A stretch of DNA of 64,000 nt from NCBI RefSeq assembly GCF_963921235.1, contig NC_086097.1, forward strand, positions 134,418,001 through 134,482,000, written 5' to 3'. The DNA is from Mobula hypostoma. Its lineage: Eukaryota. Shown here piece by piece: positions 62,483 through 64,000 of the stretch. Numbering within the stretch: the stretch's first letter is position 1; each line of letters starts with the position of its first letter. Made by a program: the position numbers and the translations under genes. The notes below the pieces were generated by a model, which had not been told where the DNA came from, made no database searches, and saw only the letters and a list, made by a program, of their open reading frames with translations.

Positions 62483-64000
62483 TAAGGGGAGGGAGGGAGT
62501 CCACACTCCAATTTGCTCAAGTCTTCCTTCCAAATTATGAGAATGAGTGGAAAAGGAGACTAGGTTAATCCACAACAACAATAAAAGAAAACTAAAAGCA
62601 ACAGAAAGGGCGTTTTACTAAAATACTTTTAATGAGTAAGTTTTATACTGCTTTTAAGAAGCTTATTTTTTATCCTTTAGTATTCTAGTCTGGGAGCAGA
62701 AATAAGTAGGTATTACCAAAACAGCTGAAGAAAGAGTTTTCATAAATTTCAGTGTATTTTTAATGAATCTGTGTACATTGTGGGAAAAGTCTTTTCTGGA
62801 CCTGCTCTTCCATAGACGGAAATGTATGAAGTCGGAGTTTAAAATTTAGCATTCTACCCAATTCCGGAAGTACAATTGGGGAATGGTTTTGTGCAAGGGG
62901 CCTCTGTGCACTTCTGGCTCTTCAAGCAAAGTCCAGTGACCTTGAAACATTGACAGGTTGCCAGATGTTAGGGAAATCACATTAAACTCTGGTCATCACC
63001 ACAAAGGTGTATTTCCAGAAGAGATGATTTAGAAGCAATTAAAACTACTAACTTGGATTACTTACTTCTGAAACTCCATTGTAATTTAACAATGTTCATT
63101 CTAACCCTTTACAGATCAAATTGCATCAAAATGTAAATTGCAATATACTAGTCATGTAAATACTACATCTACAAGGGGCCGGTTACCCTACAGCTAATGA
63201 CTCACTTCTCAACTCCATCATTTATAAGGCACAAGTCAGAAGTGTGACGGAATACTTTCCACTAAATTAGTGCAGCCTCAGCACCACCTTATAGAACAAA
63301 TCCTCATATCCTGGTACTGAATTCACCACCTTTCTTTCTATAATCAAGGCACTATGTTCACAGTGTATGCTTTCAACAAATGCACTGTAGTTACTTGCAA
63401 AGTTTCTTCAACTACCAGACGGATGGGGAGCAATACCACCTGGGAAGATCCCTTGCAAATCAAACACCAAAAGACTAATAAATACATGGCCACTCCTTCA
63501 TTATCAGTCAGCCTAAATCTTGGAACTTCCTTCCCTATGGCAGCATGGGAACATCTTTACCAGAAAGTTTGCAGTGGTTCCAGAAGGAGGCTCACTACCA
63601 GGTTCTCAAGAGAATGGGAAATAAATGCTGGTCTTGCCAGTGACACCACACACAGTTAATTCTACTTTGTTGTCCTTTGTCCCTTCTGTTCATTTCCTGT
63701 ATAAACTGTTCAAATCATGGCTTCATTTGTTATATGTAGCAAACAGTTACTTTACAGCGGGAGGAAGGATCGGGGCTCACTGTGGTTCCTTCAAGGAACA
63801 TTGAGCATAGATCTTCAGGTACCTTGTATGAGCTGTGTCAGCTGCAGTTTTCTTTCCTCCTCCTGAGAAACTAGACATCAATGCTGAAGATAGATTTATC
63901 CAAGTGAAAAGTGATAACTCCACACAGTTCCAACAAAGAGTGTGAGGCTCAACCTGTTACTTAACCATTGACAATGTTTCTATTGTCATTTTCACTTCCA

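Noticed and set aside
63823..63862. Possible 40-nt minus-strand exon (ctcAG GAGGAGGAAAGA...CAAG GTac)
   Set aside because: Its translation does not resemble the expected upstream ZNF407 finger exon and the donor is weak; no other support.

Overview
This is eukaryotic, intron-dominated vertebrate DNA; the repeat complement suggests a cartilaginous fish such as a ray or shark (inference). Three minus-strand GT-AG exons (37342-37508, 15851-15934, 11043-11163) splice in frame into consecutive C2H2 zinc fingers of ZNF407; I found no flanking ZNF407 exons in the window. The rest is mostly nested transposons: a young CR1 LINE with a near-intact ORF2, many decayed Rex1/Babar and CR1 copies, Tigger/pogo and Tc1 derivatives, a deleted Gypsy LTR element, SINEs, and Penelope-like (GIY-YIG) elements. 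The most interesting signal is a graded series of Penelope-derived insertions of about 60 bp to 1.5 kb. Each is bounded by a target-site duplication (TSD) and linked to a minimal hammerhead ribozyme. One insert starts exactly at the predicted cleavage site, several are fold-back hairpins, and a 1.49-kb palindrome has a centre that looks like repeated re-copying from one fixed template end. Most ORFs in the supplied track are TE remnants or noise. All family assignments are by motif recognition, not database search.
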